From contig OX597814.1 in NCBI GenBank assembly GCA_951406725.2, positions 137,764,001 through 137,828,000 of the forward strand: 64,000 bases of DNA. Reading direction: 5' to 3'. A program made the position numbers and the translations under genes. Origin of the DNA: Octopus vulgaris. Its lineage: Eukaryota. Below, one piece after another: positions 11,901 through 25,038 of this stretch (position 1 is the first letter of the stretch; each line of letters begins with the position of its first letter). The notes beneath the pieces are model-generated. The model was given only the letters and a program-made list of their open reading frames with translations. It searched no databases and had not been told where the DNA came from.

Positions 11901-13894
11901 TAGTACTATGTTTTTTTTTAAACCCAACATGATCATCTGTATCAATTAATTATATGACTATCTGTGTCCTCACTTCTCTTATATATTGGTGCTCAATTAC
12001 TTTCTTAATTTGTTTGCACACATACTATATAAGAACAAATATTTACTTTAATTTTCCAATCTATTTACAGTACTAACAGATTTTTATTTCCAATTTACTG
12101 TAAAATATTGAGCCAGTCATTTGTATAAAAATTGTATAAAGAAAAACCAACTGTATTGAATAAAAAAATGATTAAGTTAAATGTTTTCTTTGCATTATTC
12201 TATAAAATATACTTTATTTAATCCCTTAACATTCAAATTACTCTGCCAAATCTAATACTTATTCAGTTTTTTAATTAATCATGCATTATCTCATAGCTTT
12301 GAAATTTCAATGATGTAATTGTTTATTTTTAATATGACATTATAGCATGTGAGAGGCTGCAGCTGGCCACTAAACCAGGTTGAATAGGTATGTGGACCTG
12401 ATATGACTGGTTTAAATGCTAAAGGGTTAATAGGAACAATTTAAGATTTTAATTTTGGTTTAATCCTTTACCATTTAAACTAGCTATATGCAGCACAAAT
12501 AGTCTACTTGTTTTATGTTCACCACCTCCACTACAATGTCACTTGAAAAATAAACAATTGTATCATCTAAATCTTGAAACTATAAGCTAATGCATGCTTA
12601 ATTCAAAATAATGTTAATGATTAGGTTTAACAGAGTAATCTGAATGCTAAAGGGTTAAATGTATTTGTCAAGATAAAATGAAAATGAGATATACTGGTAT
12701 GAAACAGTTTCTGCGAAGAGTTTATCATCATTGTTTAACCTCCGTTTTCCATGCTGGCATGGGTTAGATGGTTCGACTGGGGTCTGGGAAGCCAGGAGGC
12801 TGCAGCAGGTTCCAGTCTGATCTGGCAGCTGGATGCCCTTCCTAATGCCAATCACTCCGAGAATGTAATGGATGCTTTTTTACATGCCATCGGCACAGGG
12901 GCCAGAGGGGGCTGGCATCAACCAAGATTGGATGGTGCTTTTTACATTCCACTGGCACAGAAGGCAGTCAAAACGGCACTGGCATCGGCCACGTTTGGAT
13001 GGTGCTTTTCATGTGCCACCAGCACAGAAGCCAATCAAAGTGGTGCTTTTTATGTGCCACCGGCACGAGGATCACAACTATAATTTCCATTTGATTGTGA
13101 TTTGGTTTTAATGCACTTGACTCTGTTACTTGTTTCAGTCATTGGACTGTGACCACTCTGAGGCACCAACTTGAAGGGCTTTTTTAATCGAAAAGATCAA
13201 CCCTTGTACTTGTTCTATTGGTCTCTTACTGAATCGCTGAGTTATGGGGACATAAACAAACCAACACCAATTATCAGGCAGTGGTAGGACAAACAGAGAG
13301 ACAGATTTATATACACACACACACAATGGGCTTTCACACAAGATTTACTCACAAGATGTTGGTTGGCCTGGGGCTATAGTAATATACACTGGCTTTGTTT
13401 GAGTTAATTTTGAAAACAATGAAGAATTTAGTGAAATCACTTTGTCATTATTTAGCTGGTGTTTGGAACATGAATTAAAAAATGAATTTTTATAGATTTT
13501 AATTTAGATCACTTTAAATCAGGTTGTTTGATTGATAGAACACCAGGGCAGTCTAAGGCAGGCTGGCATCAAATGGGTTAAATTTGATTTTAAAATTCTC
13601 TAAATAATAATATATCTACTTAAAAAGAACACTTAGCACTGTTTCTTTGAAATTTTCCTTTATTTCTTAACATATTTTATTTTTTATGAAAGTTTAGCTG
13701 TTTCAGTGGTCTGAAGTGAATATTCAGCAGGTACTTTCTAACTGATAATTCCAATGTAGTACTCTAAAAAGCTTGTTATGTAATATACACAATATTTTGA
13801 GTTAAGCTTGGGTTTTAACAGTCATTAGAATCCTGAAATCCTCATGAAAAATAAATAAGAATCATAATAATGAATAACTCACTGTGTAACAAAG

Positions 13895-14750
13895 TTATTA
13901 TTATTATTATTATTATTGAGTGAGAGAGCAGTGCATGCCATCAAAGTGACACTGGGGTAAAATATACGAAGCCCAGTATACCCATCATGACACCAGGCAC
14001 ATGCATCACAACCATATGTGTGCAACGTGGTGATCTCATATCAAGATAAACAGCGCATGACCTTGCAGGTGGGGCCCAGTTAGAATTTTCTTCTGGCTGA
14101 GTAACCTATCCCGCTCAAAAGGTCCCTGAATAAGGATTGTTGAATGAAACACCTATGTTTCCAGAGGTGAATCATTCAAACCCCAAAGAATTCCTCTCAA
14201 CACATGGCTATGATGCTCCCCCACTACTTCTGCTAGTGATCAGAGATGCACATATTGTCAGCCACTAAGGGACATGCTCAACTGGTTAAGGTCAAACAAT
14301 TGACAAGCAAATCTGTGGTATTGAGCAGAATATTTACTGTAGCCCATCTTTTATTGGTCAGTAAGTATTATTTCCTATTTGTTTCTGTCTAGAAATCAAA
14401 GGAAATGACTACTATTCCCGTCCCTTCAAACTTTTGCTTTTATGACCTAGGCATCAAATGTTTTGAAACTGACTTATTTTCCATTGCATTTCAAACAGAT
14501 TCAGCACCGAGTTGCTGAAGTAGAAATATTATTATAGCAAATATTCTGTTCGATAACACAGATTTGCCTGTTAGTTGCTTGACCTTAGCCACTTGAGCAT
14601 GTCCTTTAGTGGCTAACAATATGTGCATCTTTGATCATGAGCTGGAGTAGTCGGGGAGCATCATAACCATGTATTAAGAGGGATTCTTTGGGATTTGAAT
14701 AAATGTAACAAAAGCAAACTTTGAAGGAAATAACCATTTTTCATACTTTC
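13895..14750. repeat. Two interspersed repeats sharing a ~170-bp domain in inverted orientation; the second element recurs at ~37613-37980
   Basis: 14170-14343 is the approximate reverse complement of 14534-14703. The first element has an (ATT)n-type tail at 13895-13918. Confidence 0.75.
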
Positions 14751-17700
14751 TAGGGATAAGCAAATGGGAAATAACAGTTGCTACCCATGGACAAAAATTG
14801 TTACACAGTGTAACTTGTATTGTATTAACTTAGCTATAGACCACAGATGAAATTAAATTTCATCATATAAAAAACCCATGATGATTGCATTATGATACAA
14901 AGTCCTGACCTATGAACTCAACTCCATATTTTAACCATTCAGCTATTTCAACATTTTTACTATTATCTTTAGGTGATCTACCACAGAAAGAAATACAAGA
15001 CAAATTTTTGTTATAAAAGCAAAGATTTGTGTGTATGTATAATGTGTTTCTGCATATTGGAGAAAAAGCTATCTTAGCAAAAGTTATATATTGAGCATAT
15101 TTGGGTGAGTGTGTTCACAAACAAATACACCTATGTTTGTATATTGTCTACAATAACATGATGTTAAAATGAAGACAAAAAAGGCAATATTTCTTAAATT
15201 TCCAGAGTATTTTTATTAAAAGCTTTAATAAAATTTAATGACTAGGAAAAAAAAAACATTAAAAGGATTTTAAAATTTAATAAAACATTTGGTAAAATGG
15301 TTTATAAATAAGACAATAAATATAGAAAGCAAAACAAAACTTGGCCATAAATTTCTGCAAATCTCATTAGATATATTCAATCTCATGGGGCAGAATCCTT
15401 AAGAAAGAAACTTAAAGAACTAATGGACTAGACATGCAAGCACCTCATTAAGATCCAGATTACCTCACTAACAGTATACACAAGGTGTAAGTTACAACGA
15501 GCAATGATATTTTGCAAAACTTGTTTCATTTATTGTATGTGTGTGTGTATTTATATATAATGGTAACATTCAGACCAACAGATGTTGTTATACATTGCTG
15601 GTCATAATGCACTTCATAATGTTTTAGCTTTCAAATGATACCACCCCACTGGCTAGGTAAGCAGGTCAATATTTTCACCTGAATGGAATGCCAGTCTGTC
15701 ACTGAGTTACCCATTTACAGCTGAATGAACTGGAACAATGTAAAATGAAGTGTTTTGCTCAAGAACGCAGCTGGTCTGGGAATCTCATGATTGTGAGTGC
15801 AACATCCTAACCACCAGGTCACATGCCTTCACAGACATGCGTGCATGTGTGTGTGCGAGAATTATGAATAAATCAGCAAATATTTTCAGTAAAGCTATTA
15901 TTTTATACATAGTAGTCTTTGGATTAACTCATGTCATATTCCTGGCAATTAATGTCTGTTAACAAAATTATGTCAAAAATATAATGAAAAAGTAAAAGCC
16001 CTCAATGTATTGCACAAATAACTTGATAAATATTAAAATCCAGGATAAAAAAGCAATGAAATAAAAATATCTTCCAGTTCAAATATCTACTAAAATCGTT
16101 TTGTTTTGTTGTTCTTCATTTTAGTTACGACTAAATATTTTACTAATGAAGAAGTTTTCTTGTCAGGATATCTCTAACTAGCTACAAACAAAAATTGGAT
16201 TGTAAGTTTCTAAATTTTTGCACTTTAACTGAAGAAAAAAAAAACAAGGTTCTTAAAACAGAGGGACTATCAAGCAATCCATCCATCATCATCACTGCCA
16301 TCATCTACAGCATTTAACACATGTTTTCCCTGCTGGCATGGATTGGATGGTTTGACTGGAGCTGGCAAACCAGAAAATTGTCCAAGGCTTCGGCATGCAT
16401 TCTACAGCTGGATACCTTTCTTAATGCATTTTATGTGATACAAGTACCAGCGTAAAATGCACATAGTACACCCTGTAAAGTAGTTGATGTTAAGAAGGGC
16501 ATTTAACTAGACAGACAGAGACTGGTTTTATATTTGCATGTGTAAGAGAGTGAAAAGGAAGTCTACATTGAATTTCTCAGTGAACTCGGATTTCACTTGA
16601 ACGTGGAATGTAAGATGTAATGGAAAGCACATACTTTCCCAAAGCAGTTCCACCTGCAAATCAAAACTAGATTGTATCCGTCAGATAATTTGAAGCTTTG
16701 ATATCTTAATCTGTGACATGTTGTTTAAAAATATTTACTAAGTATTTTTGACTAGAATGAGAACTGTTAGGTACTTAAATTGTTGCCCTAACATAAAAAA
16801 AAAATGAAAAAACTACAACAAAAACGAAAAATAACAGACCAGAGCACAGTAACAAACTTGCAACAATATAGTATAGTGAATTTCAATTCAATGAATTTGA
16901 ATCCATAAAATACAAATATAATATTTTGCTTGTTACAGTGTGCTTATGGTTGTGTGTTATGTTTTAAACAATCTTAACAACAGAATGACATCTAACATAA
17001 TCAAAATCTTTGATAAATGAAACAATGTCATGAAGATTTATAAATTCAGAAATCCATGCATTGAAACAGAAAAAGGAAATTTGATGAAATGTGCAATCTC
17101 ACAGGTATGTAATGTTGTATTTAATATAGTATCTACAAACCATTTAATGTGTATATGTATACATTTATGCATGTGTAGATAGGGAAGTATATATGTCTGT
17201 AGGGTTCATAGGAAATGAAATATAATTATAGAATTTAAATAAATAAACTTGGAAAGTCAGATGAAGAAAAAGAAATGTGTTGAAATAACTACATCAAGAC
17301 AATTAGTAACTATTTCTGGTAAAATTAATTTCAAATTAAATACTCAAATGATTAAAAAAAAAAGCAGTTTTACTTTTGAGAAAATATAATTAAAATTAAT
17401 AATTGTAATATATTGTTTTGGAACTTGAAACATCTCCAAAATAATCCTTAGACTTGTGTATTTTAGAGGAAAGTCATGAGGTCTTGTGCTTACACCCTCA
17501 CATGCACCAACAAAATGCATTCTCCAAATAAATATATACATTAAATAAAGGCAATTTTCATCCCCTTTTCAAAGTTAAATGCATAAAAGTGTATAGTTGC
17601 ATTTGCACCAAATTATTGGCCCATTCAGATTTCAATACATGGAGATATTAATGTACACAGCCATTATATTTACTAAAAGCTCCCTCCCACCACTCTCACA

Positions 17701-17829
17701 CACAGAATTAGAGACAGTCAAGAGAAAATATTTTCTTCATTTGAAAAAAGAAAAAAAACCCCCTTAAGTGTAAATTTTTCATATCTACAATGGATCCAGC
17801 TATATGGATACAATGAAGCAAATCAAATT

Positions 17830-19941
17830 CTAATGGATGTTTTCAGGATTGCTAAAAGCACTTGAATCTTGTGTTCTTTCTGCATGACTGGGTAGAACCT
17901 CCCACTGGTCACCAGGGTTAAGAGAAGAGGACGAAGAGGATGATGTATCCCAGTTCAGGCCATCTGAAATGTCATGTGCGTTTACAGCCACAGTGTTGCT
18001 GTCAGAAATCAAGTTTGCTGAGGAATCTAGAGATGATGTCATTACATCATGTGACACTTCTGGCATGGATGCTGTGGGCTGTTGATTACTAGTACTGACC
18101 GGCACACCTGAAGACCGATGGCGGAGATTAGAGTTGTCTACAAAACTTCTGGGTGTCATTGATACAGCATCAGCAAGTCCTCCTAAAAGTTCAACATTTT
18201 CGTTTGTACCTGGAAAACAGAATTTTTTTTTAAAACAATAAAAAAAAACCTCATAATTTACATTTAGAAATTATTTTTATATCATTTATCAAATAAACTA
18301 CTTGCAGATATGGCTGTATGGCCACATTGTGGTACCTTGGATAAAACCTGAGAATGAAATTTGTATGTCAAAAATTGCACTGAAGTCTGCCTAATACATA
18401 TATACATAGATTTTGGTTTCCAAGTGGATTCAATGCCATAGTTCAGTAGAAGAATTCCTTCTTTTATTGGTTATGGTGTTTTTGCAGGGTAAATTGTCAG
18501 ATATAGTATTATTATTAATAACGCTAATAAATTTTTGGAAAGAATAAATAAACTGTTAAGATATTTAGTAAAAGAAGGGTATAAATATGGTAAATTGGTT
18601 AAAACTTTTAATCACTGTTAAGGTGGGAGACTTGAAATTTTAAATAAATATGGGGTAATATCTAGTCTTCAACTTATCAAATATTTGTAAAGATTTGGAA
18701 TTTTTACGATTTAAGTTATTTGCTTACTACATCACCAACATTGTTTGAGACAATTGAGGAAGAAGTAATTACATACTACATCATAAGGTAGTCTTTTAAA
18801 TTCTAGAGGTGATGGAACTATGTGGCTTGAAAAAACATGTAAGTATTAATACTTTGTAGTTTTATTATCTTTTAAACAGTTTTAATTTAGCTTTAATTGT
18901 AGCAACATTTTATAATAATAGTTAATTTACAAGTATACTTTTATCAGTTCTTATTTAATAAATTTAATGCATCCGATCATCGCCGTTCGCCAGCCTCATC
19001 TGGCACCTGTGTCGGTGGCACATAAAAACACCATCCGAGCGTGGCCGTCTGCCAGCCTCGTCTGGCACCTGTTTCGGTGGCACATACAAAAAACACCATC
19101 CGAGCGTGGCCGTTCGCCAGCCTCGTCTGGCACATAAAATCACCCACTACACTCTCGGAGTGGTTGGCGTTAGGAAGGGCATCCAGCTGTAGAAACACTG
19201 CCAGATCTGACTGGTCTGGTGCAGCCCTCGGGCTCCCCAGACCCCAGTTGAACCGTCCAACCCATGCTAGCATGGAAAGCGGACGTTAAATGATGATGAT
19301 GATGTTTCTATTAGTTACTGGTAAGTTTACATTAAAGCTTGTTAGGGTAATATATATTAATGTGTATGTAGTGTTTTTATTATCAACTTTTGAATTATGA
19401 AATAATGTATTTCACTCATAATTATTATATTATTCATTAAATTAAATTCAATCATATTTTGTTTTGGAGAGAATTGAAATAAAGCTTTCATTTTTTTTAT
19501 TATAGTAGTAACTATGGAAGAATGGTAGGATTATTATTTGTATGGATTTAAAGATTGGTTGCTATTTAGTATATAATTTGGTTATTGTAGGTTTATCAAT
19601 AATACTGACACAGATGCACATAGATTTATGTGTTTCTTTGTTGTAGTTTAATCTTGCCTATATTTAGATTGAATGTGGTTATTAAGCTTTCACTTTTATA
19701 TTATACTATAGAAGACTGTAAGGAATAAAATGTATGACTTAAAGGTTTGGTTGCTGTTTAGTTACATATTTAGGAGTTGGTTATAGATTTACTTATTGAA
19801 TTTATTTACCGATACTGTTGTACACAGGGGGAATTTCAAGTCTCCCACCTTAACAGTGATTAAAAGTTTTAACCAATTTACCATAGTTTATCCTGTTCAT
19901 GCTATTGTACTAGCATTATCATGCGTTTGAGAATAACTTAT

Positions 19942-19984
<43 letters not shown>

Positions 19985-22900
19985 AATCTGGAGGATACCC
20001 ACCACCACTACCACCATCTGAACTTGAAGAGAGTCACGAAGAGAAAATTAATCTGGTCTAATCCTCCATTTAACCTAGAAGTTTCAACCAGCATAGCTAG
20101 GAGCTTCCTGATGCTAATCAAGAAACCCTTTCCTAGAATCCAAAAGAATTATAAACTTTTCATCTCCTACAATATTGAGGTTAGTTACTTCTGCTTAGAC
20201 AACACCACTTCTAACATTGCATGCTACAATAGATACAAACACACCTAAGCTGCCAATGTACATCCCAACCTGTAACTCCAGAATCCTACCAACTTCCTGC
20301 TGGAAGGATCCTGCATCATAAGGTCTTTGGTCTATAGAGCCACCTTCACATCATCTGGTAGTATTACAACACACTACATGGACATGACAGCCAATGACTT
20401 CAAGGGAAAGTATACACAGCATATGTATATGCTTCAGTGGATAAAATGCCACTAAGTACTTTGTGGAACTTCCGACTGCCTTGCCGAACTAGGTGCCAGG
20501 AACCATGCATCAGGTTGTGACTCAGTAAAAGAGACAAGTTGTGAAAAGGTGAGTCTGACAAACAGGGAACACAATCACCATGAAGGAAGCACTGGAGATG
20601 TCATAGCCTCAGCATATGTCTGTGCATCATCAGCCATGGCATGCCCAATCTTCCATTCAGTGGGGTTGACAACAAATGGAGTACCTGACCACTGGAATGT
20701 GTCCCTTCAACAGAAAGCAGAAGAGTATGCACTCCAATTTAGTCAGATGTAAACTGAGGCAAGGCACAATGATCAAGTGGTAATATATAACAGAGGTGAT
20801 ATATGCATTTGCCACCTCTGCTCAACCTTTCAGAGATGGTTTTCTCTCGGCCCATTTCTGGATGAGATTGGCTACCCTGTTCATCACCTTATCCCAGTTC
20901 TTCTCCACTAGGTGATCTGGACTAAATCAGACTCCAAGCAATTTAACAGGTCCTTCTGTCCAGCGTGCCACAACATTATTGGAACTTCTTCAAGTTCCAA
21001 GTGGCAGGCCCACTGACTTTTTTTTTGGTTAATTTTTGCTCCTGTCATTTCCTCATGTTCTTTTAGAGCACAAGGCCAGCAGTTTTTTTTGTGGGGGGGG
21101 GGTTGTAGGGGAGGGAGTAAACTAATTACATTGACCCCAGTGCTGAACCGGTACTTATTTTATCGACCCTGAAAAAAATGAAAGGTAAAGTTGACCTTGG
21201 TGGAATTTGAACTCAGAATGTAGAGACAGACAAAATGTTACAAAGCATTTTGTTCAGCATACTAATTCTGCCAGCTTGCCACCATGTTGCTGTTGTTGTT
21301 GTTGTTGCCAGCTCACCATCATGTTGTTGGTTGATGATGATGATGGATGATGATAATGATGATAATAATAAACTACAGTTTTTACTCACTTGGGATTTGG
21401 CTTTCATTGGGTGTATCATGCCTGGCTAACATTTCATGGTCCAGTTCAGTATTTGACACTGATTGTGACTGATTTGATTCTATAATGTTCTCCACATTAT
21501 TTGCCTGGTTATTTGCTGACAGCCCAACTGGAGTTGAAGTTAATACAGTATTTCGGGTCGGAGAAGTGGATGTCAGATTTTCAACAGGTACTGATGATGT
21601 TGTACCCGATGTTGCTAGCTGTGAAGCCAGCGATGGATAGATTGTATTTGTTGGTGAGCTTGTGATAACAGGATTGTTATCTGAAGTGGAATTGTCTGGC
21701 TGAGATGATGGAGCTGATGGAGGAGATGGTGGGTCTGATGGCGGAGATTGTGGTGGAGCTGATGAAGCAGTACGTTGTTGCTGTTGATGGTAGTTGTGAG
21801 CATGCTGGAACTGCTGATGAAAACGATTGAAGACATCAATACTTTTATGAAAGACAAATAAACCAACTGCCACTGAGAGACTGAAGACAATTGATAATAC
21901 ACCCATAAGAATGAGTACTCCTCCTAAGATGATAGTTGCGAATGTTAGGACAGTACCTGAAAATTAATAGGAAATAAAATAAAACTGTAATCAGTGAAGC
22001 CAAAGTATTTATGTAACAAAGTAGAACAATTTCAAACCATTGTTTAGTAGCTATTCTCTATCTCAAAAAGTAATGTGATAAATATCTCCAAGAGCCACCA
22101 AGATTTGTAAAGTAAGTGCTTAGCTCTGGATTCAGTAATGTTAAGTGGATAAGAGAAGAATTTGCCTCTCAATAAAATAGCAGTGGATAAATAGGTAAAG
22201 TTCCTGTAAAACATGGTACATATTCCTGCCTGCTATATGAACTGAATCATATTGAAGTAATTATCTCACACAGATATCTACCACAATATCTTCAGTGGAA
22301 ACGAACAAACAGATGGTATGGTATGATATCTTATCTATTCAGAAGTAACACCCCTAGTAAGTAGAAATCTAATTTCAAATCTTAAAACAAATGTTTATTT
22401 TGCTTACTTTCATTGATCATGCAACATAATCACAATATTTCACTTTTATACTTCAGTTCACAATTTACAAGAATTTAAAACAGAAACTCTCTTTAGTAAT
22501 GATTATAGTTAGCTTGAACAATTAGCATCAATACAGATTTCATAACATAAGATTTAAAAGCAGCATATCTAAGATAACCTAGCAGTCTACATTCAATGAT
22601 CCCATGTACCATGCCTTTTTCAGATTTAGCAAAATTGGGATAATTTTCTATCATAACTTTTGATTTTAAAATATAAAAATTAAATTTTAATTTCAATAAA
22701 TAAAATACACAAGCAGGAATGTTTATGAAACCTAAAACTAGATTCCTTTGAGCACAAAATTAACTAAAAGATTAACAGTATATTGTGTGTAAGAGGGTGA
22801 AAGTTCATTACATTTACATGTTTGGAAATGTAAACTATATTAGAAATTTCTAGAACTGTATCTGAACCTATGTGATAAATGCTAAAAGCCATAATATACT

Positions 22901-25038
22901 TCTGAATTATTTAAAAGATATGATTTCAAAGGACTAAATTTAGTATGTAATCTGGCAGCTATATCTAATAAGATACTGCTGCCTATACAACAAACAGAGA
23001 AAATGATGTTTTTACATAATATTCTGTCTGCAACCATTATACTTATCAATCTGAATAATTTCAATACTATCTGAAAAAAGTTACTTGAACAAAATCAGAT
23101 GATATCATCTGTGCACAATCACATGCAATACCTGCTTGTGATTCATTGAATCCTGTGCTGATGTTTTGTTCAGGATTGTCACTTGACATGGCTTGAGGAC
23201 ATCTGGTCAGCAATTGGAACTGTTCCATTAAATATCGTTCCAGAGAAGAAATGCTGTATTCAGAGCCTGTGAGTCATAGTGTAGAAGGGAGTAGAGTTAG
23301 GAGAAAGTCAAATTAATTCAGTGCAGTTAAATCCTAAGTTAAAACAGAGGAGAAATTATTCTTAGACAGTGCCAAAATAAAGTGGTGAAACAACAGAAAA
23401 AAAATAAGGCTCATTATCTATGACAACTTAAAGGCACAAACTAGTGTATTTACATACGTAGTCTTTATCAACTTATTAACTGTTGGATATAATTTCTGTT
23501 ATATCCCCTATTTCTGGGATGAGGTTTCATTAATATAAAATATATATTACACTTTTCTTCAAAACCTCTTTTGATTGACTGTCTCAGGAATAGTTAAATC
23601 ACTGGCTATCTTCATATTGTTTATAAGACAAAACTAATAACTACTCAGTGAGAATGATTTAGGTATATAGTACATACTAGTCATAATAGCACATCACCTG
23701 GAGGCAACTAAAGATTCAATAAGTTACAGTTTGGAAAAGCAAATAATTCTGAAACATCATGCAACAAAATGTAACTATAACATTAATATTATTTTTATGA
23801 CTCATATCCTTACAGAAGATATTTCTTTTTTTTTTTTATTAGAGGAGGAAGAGCAGCACTATGAGAATTTTACTGTAAAGCCTTTGAGACAGGTAGGAGG
23901 TAAGTATAGAAGTAACAAAGTCTCATCAACTGCTAAAGTATTAATCTATCCTCAAACCTCATTCAAATACTTGTAACTGAACTCATTCTGCCTTCCAAAG
24001 GCTACATGTGGAAATAGAATAGTTTTCCTCATTATTGATACAATATCAGGTTTACATTGCAGTTGAACATATTTGTACAACAGCAAATTTTTATCATTTC
24101 ACTGAATGATGTTTGAAATATTTCTTTATGAGTCATTCATTCATTTTAATGTAAAAGGATTCAATTGCAGTATTGTGTATGATAAAGCCATTTGATATTT
24201 TCCTGTTAGCTTGGGGTCTCATTTCACTGTCATTCTTTCTCTTTTATCATCTGTTCAGCCACAAGGCAAGTATGGGGTGATGAAATTCAGAGCCTTGCCC
24301 TCAACACAATATAATACAACACTGTGCCAGCAGAGATACAAATTCACAAGTCTTCAGCCTAGAGCAGTGATTCTCAATCTTTTGTAATTTCATGGCAGAC
24401 AGAAGATCAAATAAAATTATTGGTGCACTTTGAGCATTAAAAAAATGAAAAATAAAAAATTAGATTTTAACATGAAATATTTAGAATATACACAAAACAA
24501 TTGTGTTATTTAACCACTCATACTAATACATAACAAAATTATGAATCACATTACAATGGATTTAGCAAAGCTTTAAACCATATTTGAGAAAAATCTTTGG
24601 TACACCTAGGTATCTGTTGTGATCCATCAGTGTGCCATGATGTACCATTTCAGAATCACTGGTCTAAAGGCTTACCTAATTAGAGTAATTCATTGTACAA
24701 AAGCAAGCATCACAGTTGCTAAACATGCATCAATCTAGACATTGCTTTCTAAAAAAAAGATATAACATGATTTGAATAAAAATGAAGGAATGTTAAAGAT
24801 ACTTACCTTCAAGAAACATAAACCCACCAAATGTAAGGAAAATACTGAAAAGTGTAAAGGCAAAGAAACAGGCAACAGGCACACTGCATAATACAATAGT
24901 AAAAATTCCAAACATTGTGATGAAAGGATGGTTGGCTGCAAATGTTTTTAGCTTCTCCAAGCGGTTAGTAAGGTCAAAGTTTTCAACCAGATCTTGATAG
25001 ATGTGGGAGAGAATTGTGCTGAAGCTTTCATTCTCCAT
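17830..25038 (-). CDS. LDAF1: Promethin / lipid droplet assembly factor 1 (TMEM159)-like protein with long disordered C-terminal tail
   Basis: Coding exons 25038-24807, 21956-21390 and 18209-17830 with GT-AG phase-1 introns give 1179 nt = 392 aa. An in-frame stop lies upstream of the ATG and there is an acceptor at 25076-25078. HPF..(hydrophobic)..VPVxxF..(hydrophobic)..LEG..(hydrophobic) matches the promethin double-hairpin pattern as I recall it from human TMEM159. Confidence 0.8.
18977..19303 (+). mobile_element. RTE-tail non-autonomous retroelement with (GAT)n tail; other copies ~12723-13100, 41205-41477, 45735-45900, 50230-50480, 52330-52540, 55005-55330, 58275-58578
   Basis: GTGGTTGGCGTTAGGAAGGGCATCCAGCTGTAGAAAC..CCATGCTAGCATGGAAAGCGGACGTTAAA(TGA)n, preceded by short internal repeats. 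The same sequence ends the RTE LINE at 34062-36137. Confidence 0.85.
19990..20475 (+). mobile_element. Penelope-like element (Neptune-type) remnant, linker plus GIY-YIG endonuclease region
   Basis: KRKLIWSNPPF..FLMLIKKPFP..YKLF..IEVSY matches the Neptune RxxIWFNPPxS..FLxLIxKHFP..KVSYSC pattern, followed by a frameshifted VYRAT..HYMDMT..FKGKYTQH GIY-YIG-like stretch. Confidence 0.75.
20480..21070 (-). mobile_element. Tx1/L1-clade LINE ORF2 fragment (decayed)
   Basis: Minus-strand translation EEMTGAKIN.KKS..GPVKLLGV*F..EKNWDKV..QKWAERKPSLKG*AEVAN..ILFCFL with stops is typical of the post-RT region of Tx1 elements. Confidence 0.7.
23132..23266 (-). CDS. Candidate alternative 135-nt cassette exon of the LDAF1-like gene
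   Basis: CTAAC branch motif, pyrimidine tract and CAG acceptor; CAG|GTATTG donor. Phase 1-1 and stop-free in the gene's frame (SEYSISSLERYLMEQFQLLTRCPQAMSSDNPEQNISTGFNESQA). No transcript evidence available. Confidence 0.5.
24365..24661. mobile_element. hAT-Charlie-type MITE
   Basis: TIRs CAGTGATTCT..AGAATCACTG; 8-bp flanks GCCTAGAG / GTCTAAAG (6/8 identical, NTCTAGAN-like target site). Confidence 0.7.

Noticed and set aside
12751-13111. Recurrent ORFs containing LDALPNANHSES (also 18977-19289, 55051-55488, 58258-58527)
   Set aside because: Antisense translations of the same non-coding retroelement tail, not a protein family.
21615-21902. Overlapping alternative-frame ORF (95 aa, His/Leu-rich) in LDAF1-like exon 2
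   Set aside because: By-product of low-complexity CCA/TCA codons in the real frame; no ATG context or independent splice support.
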